Shown here: positions 63,117-64,000 of the stretch, piece by piece
How positions within the stretch are numbered: the first letter of the stretch is position 1
Layout: the number at the start of each line of letters is the position of its first letter
Origin: a virus
IMG/VR virus record: IMGVR_UViG_3300030104_005963
Direction: 5' to 3' (one strand)
Length of the DNA: 64,000 bases
Made by a program: the position numbers and the translations under genes
Notes under the pieces: generated by a model
The model's input: only the letters and a program-made list of their open reading frames with translations
The model's database searches: none
What the model was told of the DNA's origin: nothing

Positions 63117-64000
63117 ATGGGAAAGACTAGAGAATCTGGGGAATTACTTTCTAACAATTTACTTTCTGCGGATCATTCATCGCAAACAGTTAATGTTGGG
63201 TCTGCAATTACATTTTATGGTGGCACTACAGGAATAATAAGTGCCACATCCTTTAGTGGTTCTGGTGCTTCCCTTACTGGTATTACAACGTCTCAAATTG
63301 TAGACTACTCTAGTTCTTCTGGTGCAACCGGCGCTCAAGGTGCCGCTGGTGCTCAAGGTTCTCAAGGTGTTCAAGGTGCTGCCGGTGCAGCCGGCGCTCA
63401 AGGTGCTGCCGGAGCTGCTGGTGCTCAAGGTGCTGCCGGTGCTCAAGGTGCAACTGGATTGCAAGTAACAGCAAAAACATACACATTTACTGCTAGTAGT
63501 GGTGTATATTATGTTGATAGTGTTCAACAAGATACTATTCATTTAATAAGAGGTCAAAAGTATATTTTTGATGGTTCTGCCGCAACAAGTCATCCTATAA
63601 GATTATCTACTGATTCTAATAATTCTACTTCTTATACCTCTGGTTATACAATTGGATCTAATAACACTCATACTTTTATAGTTCCTTATGATGCACCAGA
63701 TACACTTTATTATTATTGCAACATTCACTCAAACATGGGTGGTTCGATCTCCATTAAAGATTTAACATCTTCTGATTTGCAAGGTGCTCAAGGTGCCGCA
63801 GGAGCTGTTGGTGCTCAAGGTTCTCAAGGTGTTCAAGGTGCCGCAGGAGCAGCCGGCGCTCAAGGTGCTACCGGAGCTGCTGGTGCTCAAGGTGCTGCAG
63901 GAGCAGCCGGCGCTCAAGGTGCTACCGGAGCAGCCGGCGCTCAAGGTGCTACCGGAGCTGCTGGTGCTCAAGGTGCTACCGGAGCTGCTGGTGCTCAAGG
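63117..64000 (+). CDS. Collagen-like fibre protein with an internal cupredoxin-like domain; 3'-truncated and absent from the ORF track
   Basis: Open frame from ATG 63117: [11 protein letters not shown]...GAQG repeats...SHPIRLS...[13 protein letters not shown]...GAQG repeats. Confidence 0.85.
   Translation, partial: MGKTRESGELLSNNLLSADHSSQTVNVGSAITFYGGTTGIISATSFSGSGASLTGITTSQIVDYSSSSGATGAQGAAGAQGSQGVQGAAGAAGAQGAAGAAGAQGAAGAQGATGLQVTAKTYTFTASSGVYYVDSVQQDTIHLIRGQKYIFDGSAATSHPIRLSTDSNNSTSYTSGYTIGSNNTHTFIVPYDAPDTLYYYCNIHSNMGGSISIKDLTSSDLQGAQGAAGAVGAQGSQGVQGAAGAAGAQGATGAAGAQGAAGAAGAQGATGAAGAQGATGAAGAQGATGAAGAQ
63321..63458 (+). repeat. Collagen-like Gly-X-Y repeat
   Basis: [21 protein letters not shown] run. 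Confidence 0.9.
63783..64000 (+). repeat. Collagen-like Gly-X-Y repeat, continues past the window
   Basis: GGT GCT CAA GGT GCT ACC GGA GCT GCT units. Confidence 0.9.

Overview
A 64 kb segment of an AT-rich T4-like marine cyanomyophage (Kyanoviridae-type; probably a Synechococcus phage, by inference). Nearly all genes are on the + strand. Layout in order: (1) replication core, ~1-13.5 kb (cobS-like AAA, gp45, gp44, dam, gp62, regA, hsp20, gp43, uvsX, gp41, mazG) with speD and purS interleaved; (2) a late block, ~14-26.5 kb, with a putative nuclease, a cytidylyltransferase and candidate internal-head proteins, plus primase and nrdAB; (3) a GIY-YIG nuclease, lysozyme, HExxH protein and auxiliary metabolic genes petE, petF, gnd, zwf, talC, ~26.6-39.5 kb; (4) six tRNAs interspersed with structured non-coding elements (manA-like, wcaG-like, an unnamed pseudoknot), ~38.5-43.1 kb; (5) a ~14 kb nucleotide-sugar/glycosyltransferase island, 43.1-57.0 kb; (6) two hli genes and collagen-repeat tail-fibre-like genes, 57-64 kb. 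Best leads: a complete type-1 copper ligand set inside a collagen fibre gene that is missing from the ORF track; a 173-nt structured RNA ending in an encoded ACCA while the true tRNAs lack CCA; SpeD with Asp-Ser instead of Glu-Ser at its self-cleavage site; an adenylating enzyme/PLP enzyme/dehydrogenase trio in the glycan island; a recurrent terminator that contains a -35 box; and an SD-occluding hairpin on hsp20. No CRISPR array, intron, intein or transposase was seen. All family assignments come from motif recognition by eye; no database searches were run.
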